DNA of 40,848 bases from an uncultured Gammaproteobacteria bacterium (GCA_905479875.1 CAJQOG010000123.1:1-40848), one strand, 5' to 3'; counted from the first letter of the stretch, positions 1-9,139 are shown. The notes: generated by a model not told the origin, from the sequence alone. A program made the numbers and translations.

Positions 1-2142
1 GCCAGAAGTCAGATCCCATTCATAACGAGCCTGCATATTTAGTTGCAATTCAGGGGCAAATGCTAAGTCTGAACCTTCTTCAACAAAATTTGTAACAAAG
101 CTCTTGGTAATTTCGGTATCTAAAATCGAGAAGCCGCTGCTGAGAGTTAAGCCGCTAAGGGACTGTGGGATCCAAATAACTTCTCCCTCAAGGCCCTTAA
201 TCTTGGCGTTAGCAGCATTGTCTGCAAAAAACAAATTAGTAATGCTGGGGTCAAATATTCCGACTTGAAGATTGTCAACGTCTATAGAAAAGATATCACC
301 GTTAAAGCGTAAGTTACCACCCAATAGATCGAGCTTCCAACCTAATTCTAAATTGGTCACTTTATCGGTATCAAAAGAGAAAGGAACGGTGTAATCGACA
401 TTGCCTGAACCACCTGGGCGGTTAAGAAAACCAGGTCTAAAGCCTTCTGACCAAGTTACATAATATAGCTGCGCATCGCTAGGCGTATAAGACAAACTAA
501 CCTTACCAATCACTCCATCTGTTTGAGCTGTGTCATTCACACCGCTAAATATTTCATCCAAATTATTTCCGGCGTTGTTGTCAGTCGTTGCTCCCTTATT
601 ACCAAAAGAACCAGCGGCACTACCTTTTAAGTCAACTTCAATATCGTACCAACGTGCGCCAAACGTGGCTGAGAACTTATCCGACATGTCAACGCTTAGT
701 TCACCGAATACACCTAATTGTGAATCATTGCGTAACACGTCGTTGCGGAATATAACGCCTTCAGGCCAAACAGTAGGATCACTGATCGATGCACCTTGAG
801 CCGAAAAATTTGGTCCAAAACTCTCAGCACCCAATAACTCAGAGCCAGGGTAGGTAAATTTATTATCTTCACGTAATTCAAGCTCACTAATAAAGCCACC
901 AGCCGTTAATCTAATTGACTTACTTTGGTCTGTAGAAAAACGCAACTCATGTGTTTGTACTGTGGTCTCTACTCTACTATCAACAAACAGATTTGGTGCC
1001 TGACAAGTTCCGCCTATTGGAGCCGCTCCGCCACCGTAAACATCGGTAGTACAAATATAGTAAGGGAGGTATCCACCAACAAACAAATAATCGGTGTAAT
1101 CCACTTGTTGTTTCGATTCACGATCAGTAAAGGCACCGGTGTAAATAACATCTAATGCGCCCAGACGACCGTCTAGGGTCCAGTTTGCATTCACGTATTC
1201 ATCTTCAAGTGTGTCGTCTTCATAACGCTGAATCTCAAGCTCATCTAAAGTTGGGTCTTGAAAGAAAACACCTTCGGCATCGAGGGTTTGCTGTGACACA
1301 GCAACATGCAGACCCCAATCGTCATTGATATCATAAAGCCCACTTAAACGTGAACCAGAATAAGTTACTTCGTTAAAGTCTTCTTCGACTTTAGCACCGT
1401 TGTCAGCAGCTATTAAAGTTACATTAGACAGGTCGGCGTTAGGTTGAAAAGAAGAACCCGGTTGGAATCTTGCACTCTCTGCCGCAGTGATACTGCCAGC
1501 AACATTATCGATATAACCGCCTTTGTGATCTACATAAACCACGCCACGAAGTGTCAGTCTATCTGTCACTGGGGCGTTTATCACGGCTTCAACATTGTTG
1601 CTTGGCTCACCATGCCTAGTGAATGCCGTACCAAGTTTTACTTTGCCGGAAAAACCTGAGGGATCTGGTTTGTTAGTAATCAGTCGTACCGTGCCAGCCT
1701 GAGAGCTTGCACCAAAGAGGGTTCCTTGTGGACCTTTTAATACTTCAACGCGGTTCATGTCAGCCACGTACACATCCAGGTTTCGTCCAGGCTGAGATAA
1801 TGGCTGCTCGTCTAAGTAAAGTGCCACATTAGGCGCAAGACCCGCAACACCCGAAACGGTCACGTTAGGCGTGGTCGATGCGATGCCTCTAATGTAAATA
1901 GTATTTTGGCCTGGGCCTACACCGCCGGATGTTACACCCGGCATTTGTATTAAGTAATCAGAAAAGTCTGTAACGCCTAGCTGATCTAGTGCTTCCTCTG
2001 TGAGTGCACTTACAGCAACCGGTATGTCTTGAGTACTCAGCTTTTGCTTAGTTGCCGTTACCAAGACTTCTTCGATTTGTGCCTGAGTACCAGTAGTTGC
2101 TGCAAGCACCGCCGCAGTCAGTAGTGCGTTTCGTTTTAACAT
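1..2142 (-). CDS. TonB-dependent outer-membrane receptor, 3' end runs off the window
   Basis: Not in the ORF track because no stop codon falls in the window. ATG at 2142 with AGGGA upstream. Manual translation: MLKRNALLTAAVLAATTGTQAQIEEVLVTATK (signal peptide + TonB box), plug motifs YIRGI, VALYLDEQP and RVEVLKGPQGTLFGASSQAGTVRLITNKP. Frame spot-checked open at 1201-1260 and 1-60 (FAPELQLNMQARYEWDL). Confidence 0.92.
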   Translation of the reverse strand, partial: MLKRNALLTAAVLAATTGTQAQIEEVLVTATKQKLSTQDIPVAVSALTEEALDQLGVTDFSDYLIQMPGVTSGGVGPGQNTIYIRGIASTTPNVTVSGVAGLAPNVALYLDEQPLSQPGRNLDVYVADMNRVEVLKGPQGTLFGASSQAGTVRLITNKPDPSGFSGKVKLGTAFTRHGEPSNNVEAVINAPVTDRLTLRGVVYVDHKGGYIDNVAGSITAAESARFQPGSSFQPNADLSNVTLIAADNGAKVEEDFNEVTYSGSRLSGLYDINDDWGLHVAVSQQTLDAEGVFFQDPTLDELEIQRYEDDTLEDEYVNANWTLDGRLGALDVIYTGAFTDRESKQQVDYTDYLFVGGYLPYYICTTDVYGGGAAPIGGTCQAPNLFVDSRVETTVQTHELRFSTDQSKSIRLTAGGFISELELREDNKFTYPGSELLGAESFGPNFSAQGASISDPTVWPEGVIFRNDVLRNDSQLGVFGELSVDMSDKFSATFGARWYDIEVDLKGSAAGSFGNKGATTDNNAGNNLDEIFSGVNDTAQTDGVIGKVSLSYTPSDAQLYYVTWSEGFRPGFLNRPGGSGNVDYTVPFSFDTDKVTNLELGWKLDLLGGNLRFNGDIFSIDVDNLQVGIFDPSITNLFFADNAANAKIKGLEGEVIWIPQSLSGLTLSSGFSILDTEITKSFVTNFVEEGSDLAFAPELQLNMQARYEWDLTSG

Positions 2143-2186
2143 AATCGTCCCTAGGCCTTTAGCCTAATAAATAGTTTGAATAATAA

Positions 2187-2258
2187 TATTTAGAATACAA
2201 TCTATTTTACGCAGAATAATACTAAATAACCACCCTTATCAACGTAGTGCACTATAAA
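2187..2258. promoter_or_regulatory. Candidate EctR/CosR (MarR) operator sites in the divergent TBDR/BCCT promoter
   Basis: TATTTAGAATACAATCTA (2187-2204), ACTAAATA (2221-2228) and AACGTAGTGCACTATAAA (2241-2258, palindromic core TAGTGCACTA). They resemble the EctR1 pseudopalindrome as I recall it (TATTTAGT-GT-ACTATATA). AT-rich context weakens the match. Confidence 0.4.
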
Positions 2259-2445
2259 AAATATCATAAATATGCTCTTTTAAGCTATATTTCTATGCTC
2301 TTAATAATAAATAAAGCATATGAATATATAGAATTCAATATAATATGGCTTTTTCCGTAGAGACATACTCAATAAAACAATAGAACAGTAATCATGATTG
2401 ATAAACTCACAATGAAAACCAACTCACTGCAGTTGAGGAGACACC

Positions 2446-4032
2446 ATGGCCGAACTCTATAGTTCTGAATATGAAGTAGGCGAAGATAATATTCAGGTAT
2501 GGGGCTTAGATATACATAACCCTGTTTTTATGGTCAGTTCCTGTCTGATTATTGCTTTTGTAATAGCAACCTTACTATTTCCAGATCACGCAAATCAAAT
2601 GCTCGCCGATGTGCGTACGTGGAGCCTTTCAACGTTCGACAGCTCTGTAATGATTGCCGTCAACCTGATACTGCTTTTTAGTTTGGCGCTAATATTGCTT
2701 CCGGTAGGAGCCATTCGATTGGGCGGTGCAAATGCACGACCCGAGTTTAGTCGCCTAAGCTGGTTCTCCATGTTGTTTGCCGCCGGTATGGGTATTGGCC
2801 TAATGTTTTGGGGCGTGGCGGAGCCAATGGCCTACTTCACCGGTTGGGCAGGCACACCATTAAATGTTGAAGCTTGGTCTGAAGATGCTGTGGGTTTGGC
2901 AATGGGAGCCACTGTTTACCATTGGGGCCTGCATGCATGGGCAATATATGCTGTTGTTGGTCTCGCACTAGCATTCTTTAATTTTAATTGCGGGCTGCCA
3001 TTAACACTGCGGTCTGCATTTTACCCCCTGTTGGGTGAGCGATGCTGGGGCTGGCAAGGACATGTGATAGACACCTTCGCCGTGCTAGCTACCATTTTTG
3101 GGTTAGCTACATCTCTAGGCTTAGGAGCCTCGCAAGTAAATGCCGGTTTTACCATGCTCTTTGATATAGATGATGCGCTTAACGTTAAACTCTCGATTAT
3201 TGTTTTGGTTACTTTTATCGCTATTTTTTCAGTGGTTCGCGGACTTGATGGCGGTGTAAAGTTTCTCAGTAATATCAATATGGTGATTGCTGGTCTGCTA
3301 CTACTCTTTATTGCAGTGGTTGGTTCAATCTCAAGCCTTGGTGGATGGATTTTCTCTACGACAGGGCACTACTTAAGTAATATAATCCCTTTAAGTAACT
3401 GGACAGGCAGAGACGATACGCAATGGATGAGAGATTGGACTGTTTTCTATTGGGCCTGGTGGGTTAGTTGGTCGCCCTTTGTTGGCTTGTTTATTGCTCG
3501 TATTTCGAAAGGACGTACCGTGAGGGAGTTTTTACTGGCGGTGTTATTTATTCCAACCATTGTGACAATTCTCTGGATGAGTGTTTTTGGTATGAATGCA
3601 ATTGAGCAAGCGCAAGCCGGCGTTGGCAGTTTGGCTGGGGGCATTAGCTCAGCTAGTCTGGCGACTTTTCAAATGCTAGAGAATTTACCCTTTTCAAGTG
3701 TAACGACTGTTATAGGTATTTTTCTGGTATTGATATTTTTTATAACCTCCTCGGATTCAGGTTCGCTGGTGATTGATAGTATTACTGCTGGTGGTAAGCT
3801 AGACGCGCCGACTCCTCAACGTATATTCTGGGTTGTTATCGGTGGATTAATTGCCAGCGTTCTATTGTATGGTGGTGGTAAAGATGCCTTAAGTGCATTG
3901 CAAGCTGGCACAGTGGCAACCGGTGTGCCCTTTACCTTAGTGCTTTTATTTATATGTGCAAGCTTGTACAAGGGACTAACTCAGAGCCTCAAAGAAGAGA
4001 AAGCAAAATTGACTGAAATGATTAAGGATTAA
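2446..4032 (+). CDS. BCCT family (betaine/carnitine/choline) transporter
   Basis: SWFSMLFAAGMGIGLMFWGVAEP, HWGLHAWAIYA, WTVFYWAWWVSWSPFVGLFIARISKGRT and FFITSSDSGS signatures; about 12 TM helices; GAGGAG RBS. Confidence 0.96.
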   Translation: MAELYSSEYEVGEDNIQVWGLDIHNPVFMVSSCLIIAFVIATLLFPDHANQMLADVRTWSLSTFDSSVMIAVNLILLFSLALILLPVGAIRLGGANARPEFSRLSWFSMLFAAGMGIGLMFWGVAEPMAYFTGWAGTPLNVEAWSEDAVGLAMGATVYHWGLHAWAIYAVVGLALAFFNFNCGLPLTLRSAFYPLLGERCWGWQGHVIDTFAVLATIFGLATSLGLGASQVNAGFTMLFDIDDALNVKLSIIVLVTFIAIFSVVRGLDGGVKFLSNINMVIAGLLLLFIAVVGSISSLGGWIFSTTGHYLSNIIPLSNWTGRDDTQWMRDWTVFYWAWWVSWSPFVGLFIARISKGRTVREFLLAVLFIPTIVTILWMSVFGMNAIEQAQAGVGSLAGGISSASLATFQMLENLPFSSVTTVIGIFLVLIFFITSSDSGSLVIDSITAGGKLDAPTPQRIFWVVIGGLIASVLLYGGGKDALSALQAGTVATGVPFTLVLLFICASLYKGLTQSLKEEKAKLTEMIKD

Positions 4033-4034
4033 AT

Positions 4035-4502
4035 ATGGAGAGAGTTGACGATGTACTTGTGGCTTTGCGTAGGATAATCCGAGCGACAGACCTACATTCC
4101 AAATACTTAGTAAAAAGCACTGGCTTAACTACACCGCAAATGTTGTTACTGCAAACACTACGTAATAAAGGCGAACAGACAGTAGGAAGCCTTGCCAAGG
4201 AGATAAGCTTAAGTCAAGCGACGGTCACTTCAATTCTCGATCGACTTGAGAAAAAAGAGTTAATTGTTAGAAAGCGTTCCGATAACGATAAGCGAAAAGT
4301 TTTTGTTTACCTTCACGACAAAGCGATGCATGTTTTGAAGGATGCACCTATTCCACTTCAGGAGCAGTTTACAAGTCAGTTCAATAATTTGCAGGACTGG
4401 GAACAGTTAATGATTATTTCTTCACTCTCTCGTATCGCGAAAATGATGGATGCCCAAGATATTGATGCCTCACCTGTTTTGGATGTTGGGACATTGGATT
4501 AA
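4035..4502 (+). CDS. MarR family regulator, EctR/CosR-like (compatible-solute regulator)
   Basis: VLVALRRIIRATDLHSK..GLTTPQ N-terminus, SLSQATVTSILDRLE wHTH, DKRKV wing and MMDAQDIDASPVL C-terminus typical of EctR/CosR; starts 2 nt after the BCCT stop. Confidence 0.85.
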   Translation: MERVDDVLVALRRIIRATDLHSKYLVKSTGLTTPQMLLLQTLRNKGEQTVGSLAKEISLSQATVTSILDRLEKKELIVRKRSDNDKRKVFVYLHDKAMHVLKDAPIPLQEQFTSQFNNLQDWEQLMIISSLSRIAKMMDAQDIDASPVLDVGTLD

Positions 4503-4558
4503 TAAGTGGTGATCAATCAAGCATAGATGTTTAGGGCTCAGCAGAAGTGCAGCCTGTG

Positions 4559-4906
4559 TTAAGCGAGACGAGTCCCATTAGGTACATCAAGGTCTGGGGT
4601 TGATAAAACAACTGAGCCATCTTCTCGGTGAAAGCCAGTCACTAAACATTCCGACATTATTGGTCCAATTTGTTTAGGTGGAAAATTAATTACCGCTATA
4701 ATTTTTTTACTAACTAATGCTTCTTTTGTATAAAGGCTTGTAATTTGGGCGCTGGATTTTTTAAAGCCAATACTTTCACCAAAATCAATTTTTAGAATAT
4801 AAGAAGGGTTTCTTGCTTGTGGAAAATCTTCTACTTCAATAATTGTTCCGACTCTCATTTCGACTTTTTGGAAGTCACGCCATTCTAGAGTATTCATATA
4901 TTGCAT
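4559..4906 (-). CDS. csaA: CsaA-like tRNA-binding / protein-export chaperone
   Basis: DFQKVEMRVGTI, KKSSAQIT, AVINFPPKQIGPIMSECLVTG, VPNGTRL motifs. Confidence 0.9.
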   Translation of the reverse strand: MQYMNTLEWRDFQKVEMRVGTIIEVEDFPQARNPSYILKIDFGESIGFKKSSAQITSLYTKEALVSKKIIAVINFPPKQIGPIMSECLVTGFHREDGSVVLSTPDLDVPNGTRLA

Positions 4907-4991
4907 TGTCTTTATGTTGTTTTTAAATCCAAATCAATAAAGATTGAAAAGAAGATAAGAACTGTAAAAATAAAATTTTAAATTTTTTTCC

Positions 4992-5372
4992 TCACTTTTT
5001 TCTGGCTGTCACTTGAATTTCAATTTTCATTTCATCATTAAGCAATCTAGCTTCAAACATGGTTGCGGCTGGGCGTACATCACCTAACCATTTTCTTAAC
5101 ACCGGCCAACAGGATTCAAAATCATCACGATTAGGGAGTATATAAGTAATACGTGCAATGTTTTCAATACTACTACCCGCATCTTGCAGTGCCTGTTGAA
5201 TGTTTACAAAGCATTGCTCGGATTGCTCAGTGATATCTTCGCTTATAGACATCGTTTGGTAATTATAACCAGTAGTGCCTGAGACAAATATATAGTCTCC
5301 ATCGTCCACGGCACGTGAATACGCCATTTTTGCTTCGAATTCAGAGCCACTAGTAATTAATTTTCTTGGCAT
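4992..5372 (-). CDS. RidA/YjgF/UK114 family protein
   Basis: SGSEFEAKMAYSRAV, VSGTTG, RPAATM, KIEIQVTA motifs. Confidence 0.9.
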   Translation of the reverse strand: MPRKLITSGSEFEAKMAYSRAVDDGDYIFVSGTTGYNYQTMSISEDITEQSEQCFVNIQQALQDAGSSIENIARITYILPNRDDFESCWPVLRKWLGDVRPAATMFEARLLNDEMKIEIQVTARKK

Positions 5373-5394
5373 TATTATCCTCTTTTAGTTATTC

Positions 5395-5414
5395 CTAAAC
5401 AGACGTTTGTTTAG
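5395..5414. promoter_or_regulatory. Near-perfect 20-bp palindrome upstream of the RidA-family gene (operator candidate)
   Basis: CTAAACAGACGTTTGTTTAG, 9 of 10 pairs complementary, 23-42 nt upstream of the start at 5372. Confidence 0.4.
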
Positions 5415-5497
5415 AACCATTTTCTAATTACAAGTAAAAGCAATCCTATTACAACTGTTGATCCTATTTAAATGCTTTAATCATAGTCTCTTAATAT

Positions 5498-6235
5498 TTA
5501 TAGTTCGCTAGACCGATGCGGCGTTATAAAGTATTTTACTAAAGACAGCAGAAGAATAAATAAAGACACATACATAATAATACGCCACACACTGATATAA
5601 GTTTTTAATATCTGGAATTCTTCAACAAAAATTGTTTCACAGGCACCATCACCTTCATCATCTCTAGTAATACTGGTACCACGTGATCCACCTGTATTTA
5701 CATTCTCATACTCTGCCAAATAACCTTTAATACGAATTTGATCACCAATCTTGATTTTGCTAATATTGTTACGTATAAATTTCTCATCGGTAATTAAATG
5801 ATTATTAGAAATTTGTGAAGCATTAAAATTAGACCATGCTTCTTGATCGCGAGTACTAAAGTTACATGTGAATTGACCATTCCAAAATTTAACTTTAGGT
5901 AATGTACTAGCCGCCGCCGTATCTCCCCACACCACACAATAATCAGCAAGGTTTAAATGATCATTCCAACGCTTATGTAAGCGTGTGTTTCCATCATGCA
6001 ATTTATATGAAACGACCATGCCCACCAGCTCATACTCATACAGTGGTTTAATTTTGTAGTCGACTTTATTTACATTAACAGTAAATTCTTTATTGCTACG
6101 TATTCTTTTTTGAACTGGTTCGTAGGAAATATCTGGCAAAAGCTGGATATTTGAGGATATGTCATTTTTTTTCCAAAATCCGGCTGCTAAGGTAAAAAAA
6201 CTTAGAAGAATGAGAGATTTCCATTTCATACACAA
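5498..6235 (-). CDS. Uncharacterised exported / membrane-anchored protein
   Basis: 245-aa ORF with N-terminal hydrophobic segment, C-terminal TM helix and conserved-looking motifs DYCVVWG, SNNHLI, TSITRDDEGDGACE. Confidence 0.75.
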   Translation of the reverse strand: MCMKWKSLILLSFFTLAAGFWKKNDISSNIQLLPDISYEPVQKRIRSNKEFTVNVNKVDYKIKPLYEYELVGMVVSYKLHDGNTRLHKRWNDHLNLADYCVVWGDTAAASTLPKVKFWNGQFTCNFSTRDQEAWSNFNASQISNNHLITDEKFIRNNISKIKIGDQIRIKGYLAEYENVNTGGSRGTSITRDDEGDGACETIFVEEFQILKTYISVWRIIMYVSLFILLLSLVKYFITPHRSSEL

Positions 6236-6271
6236 AGCATATCATTTTTTAATTTAAAGAATTTATTTGAA

Positions 6272-6661
6272 TTAATTACTCTGATGCGTCTTCTTAGTAA
6301 TCGTCAAAAGAAACACACCAATTAATGTGCCGAAAGGTAAAAGAAATAACAAACAAATACCGTAAATTCGTAAAGTAATGCGATACCAGGCTTGAGAATA
6401 GTTATATTTATATTTTGCAAAACAAGCAAATATAATACCTGGAATCAAAACAATAACGGCTAAAGTTTGTGTGACTAGCTCTTGCGATAGAGCTCCCGCC
6501 ATTAATTTAGGGTCACCAGTTCCATATAACTGAATTGCCTGATAGACATTTATAACTCCAGTTAATAAACTTAAGGATGCTATTAATGTCAAAACAGATG
6601 GCAGTAAAAATATTACTGCCAGTAGAGCACATATCAATGGTTGCTTGCTATCGGTATGCAT
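6272..6661 (-). CDS. Small membrane protein containing a MotA/TolQ/ExbB-like segment
   Basis: LLTGVINVYQAIQLYGTGDPKLMAGALSQELVT resembles the ExbB/TolQ TM2-loop-TM3 segment; about 4 hydrophobic helices in 129 aa. Confidence 0.65.
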   Translation of the reverse strand: MHTDSKQPLICALLAVIFLLPSVLTLIASLSLLTGVINVYQAIQLYGTGDPKLMAGALSQELVTQTLAVIVLIPGIIFACFAKYKYNYSQAWYRITLRIYGICLLFLLPFGTLIGVFLLTITKKTHQSN

Positions 6662-6698
6662 AGTTCTTAGAAATGAATCTCTGGTTTAAATATCTTCT

Positions 6699-8366
6699 CT
6701 ATCCCGTTTTTGCTAACTGCTTATTGATATACCACTGCTGAATTACGGTTACCGCACTGTTAGTAATCCAATAAAGTACTAGGCCTGCTGGGAAGAATGA
6801 GAACAATCCAACCATGGCAATTGGCATAAACTTCATGACCTTTTGCATCTCTGCATTACCACCACTCATTGGTTGTACTTTCTGTTGTAAGTACATAGTA
6901 ATACCGTATAAAACCGGCAAGATAAAGAGTGGATCTTTTGATGATAGATCCTGAATCCATAATGCCCAAGGTACTTGTCTAAGCTCTACTGATTCAATCA
7001 GCAACCAGTAAAAACCTAAGAAGAATGGGAATTGAATAAGGACTGGCAAACAACCTGCAGCAGGGTTAATTTTTTCTTTCTTATACATTTCCATTGTCGC
7101 TTTCGACAATTGTTGTTTATCGTCTTTATAACGCTCTTGTAACAACTTCATACGCGGTTGAAGTTTTTTCATATTAGCCATTGAGCGTGCGCTTTTAGCC
7201 GTTAATGGATAGAAGACTGCTTTAATCATTAAGGTAACTAGAATAATCGCCCAACCCCAGTTGCCAATAATGCCATGTACAAATGACAGTAAAGAAAACA
7301 ATGGCTTTGAGATAATTGAAAATACACCGTAATCGGTGGTGAGGTCTAATCTAGGTGAAAGCGCTGCAAGTTCTTTTTGATTTTTAGGACCAGCAAAATA
7401 ATTCTGTGTAAACATTGCTACCGTGCCAGCCGCTACATTCACACTTGGTGCTGCGGTTGTTAAGCTGTAATCATTTTCACCTTTAGCGGTAACCTGAAAC
7501 GCATTGGCTTCATCTGCATTTGGAACAATCGCGGTTAAAAAATGATGCTCAATAGCTGCTAACCAACCATTGGTTATTTCTTGTTTAATTGGTTCTTTGA
7601 TTAAAGATTTAGGTGTAATTTTTTCGTATTTTTCTGAGTTAAACCAAGCTGGGCCTTTATTAGAAAAAGAATCCACATCAAACATCGAACGCTCCAACGG
7701 AGCATGTCTACGTTGAATTTGTGCATATGGTCTAACCGTAATATTTTGTGCTGATTTATTATTTACTTGATAGTCAACTTTAATCACATGACTACTACGA
7801 CTAAAAGTATAAGTCTTAGTAATATCTAAACCTTCTTCAGATGTCCACGTAAAAGGAACTTGAACACTGTCTCTATCACCAAGCTCATACGTTAAAGCTG
7901 AACTCTTCCATAACTGTTGATGCGTTGGCTCTACTGCAACACCGCTCGCACGAAGCCCACTATTCAACACATAAGTTTCTTCAGCCGTTTGATTAAACAG
8001 AACAACCGGTACATCAGGGTTCTTTTTATCTTTAGGCATATTTGGTAATGTTAAACCAACTAACGAAGCACCTTGTGTAGAAAGCTCAATAGCATAAACA
8101 TCAGTTGTTACAGTAACTGCTTGCCCTTTTTTAGTTGTAACCGCCGCTTGCTGCTGTGTAGACGCCGCTTGTACTGAAGGTATATCACTATTCGTCGTAT
8201 CAACACCTGGAACATTTAAGTCTGCAGGTGCCGTGCCTGCTATAGCCGACGTTTCTTGTACTGTTTGTAATGCTGGTTTTGGACCATAATCTTTTTGCCA
8301 AGCCTGCATCATGAAAAACATGATAATAGCTAACATGCTCCATAAAAATAAACGTTGATTTTCCAT
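6699..8366 (-). CDS. yidC: Membrane protein insertase YidC
   Basis: DYGVF, GNWGWAIILVT, INPAAGCLPVLIQFP, WIQDLSSKDP, FPAGLVLYW; canonical rpmH-rnpA-yidD-yidC synteny. Confidence 0.98.
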   Translation of the reverse strand: MENQRLFLWSMLAIIMFFMMQAWQKDYGPKPALQTVQETSAIAGTAPADLNVPGVDTTNSDIPSVQAASTQQQAAVTTKKGQAVTVTTDVYAIELSTQGASLVGLTLPNMPKDKKNPDVPVVLFNQTAEETYVLNSGLRASGVAVEPTHQQLWKSSALTYELGDRDSVQVPFTWTSEEGLDITKTYTFSRSSHVIKVDYQVNNKSAQNITVRPYAQIQRRHAPLERSMFDVDSFSNKGPAWFNSEKYEKITPKSLIKEPIKQEITNGWLAAIEHHFLTAIVPNADEANAFQVTAKGENDYSLTTAAPSVNVAAGTVAMFTQNYFAGPKNQKELAALSPRLDLTTDYGVFSIISKPLFSLLSFVHGIIGNWGWAIILVTLMIKAVFYPLTAKSARSMANMKKLQPRMKLLQERYKDDKQQLSKATMEMYKKEKINPAAGCLPVLIQFPFFLGFYWLLIESVELRQVPWALWIQDLSSKDPLFILPVLYGITMYLQQKVQPMSGGNAEMQKVMKFMPIAMVGLFSFFPAGLVLYWITNSAVTVIQQWYINKQLAKTG

Positions 8367-8422
8367 ACTTAATTTCTTTATCGGTAAATTATTATTTAAT
8401 ATTATTTAATGAATCTTTTCTT

Positions 8423-8701
8423 TTAATCTTTTGGAACCGGATCGTAACCACCATCGTTCCACGGGTGACATTTGCAAATTCGTTTGGAACCTAAAAATGC
8501 ACCCTTTAAATGTCCATGCTCTGTAATTGCATCCACCATGTATTGTGAACAAGTCGGTGAGAATCTACAGTTTTGTCCTAGTAATGGACTAATAAATTTT
8601 TGGTAAAAACCAATAATTAATAAGATTGGGCTCCACGAGCGCTTACCAAGTGACTTAATTAAATGTTGATCTATCTTATTGTCGATATTAGTTTCAGACA
8701 T
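8423..8701 (-). CDS. yidD: Membrane protein insertion efficiency factor YidD
   Basis: [22 protein letters not shown]...[17 protein letters not shown]. Confidence 0.97.
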   Translation of the reverse strand: MSETNIDNKIDQHLIKSLGKRSWSPILLIIGFYQKFISPLLGQNCRFSPTCSQYMVDAITEHGHLKGAFLGSKRICKCHPWNDGGYDPVPKD

Positions 8702-8703
8702 TG

Positions 8704-9090
8704 CTATTTATTTTTACGTATCATATTACGGTTGGGCTTAATTTTACCATCAGCAATTTTTTGAAATAAATTCTCGGCACTTTTACGCGTGAGCTTCACA
8801 TCTTGTGCGGATGTAGATCTACGAGTTAAAGCCACAATATCCATCGCCGGCAAATTATCGTGCAAACGAAAAACTTCTCTAATTTGACGTTTAATCGCAT
8901 TGCGGTCTGCTGCATGTGGCACGGCACGTTTAGCAATGGCTAAGCCCAATCTTGATTCACCCTGTTCATTGGCATGTACTGCAAATGACAATTGCGAATC
9001 AGAAACTCGTGAACCTTTTTTTAAAACACGCATAAAATCAAGGCGCTTTAATAAGCGCCTTGATTTTGGAAATGTGCTTGTAGTAGACAA
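8704..9090 (-). CDS. rnpA: Ribonuclease P protein component
   Basis: [39 protein letters not shown]; TTG start; synteny. Confidence 0.95.
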   Translation of the reverse strand: MSTTSTFPKSRRLLKRLDFMRVLKKGSRVSDSQLSFAVHANEQGESRLGLAIAKRAVPHAADRNAIKRQIREVFRLHDNLPAMDIVALTRRSTSAQDVKLTRKSAENLFQKIADGKIKPNRNMIRKNK

Positions 9091-9139
9091 GCTGTTGCGT
9101 CATCTTGTATCGACTGATTAACCAGTCGAAATAACAAGA

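Noticed and set aside
530-1659. Short ORFs 530-799, 714-899, 925-1155 and 1444-1659
   Set aside because: Shadow ORFs overlapping the TonB-dependent receptor on the minus strand; no recognisable motifs.
2420-2441. CAACT/AGTTG hairpin beside the BCCT ribosome-binding site
   Set aside because: Only 5 bp and leaves most of GAGGAG unpaired; insufficient for a regulatory claim.
8890-8915. RnpA RNR motif reads RNA (DRNAIKR)
   Set aside because: Single substitution with the rest of the motif intact; not enough to infer altered function.
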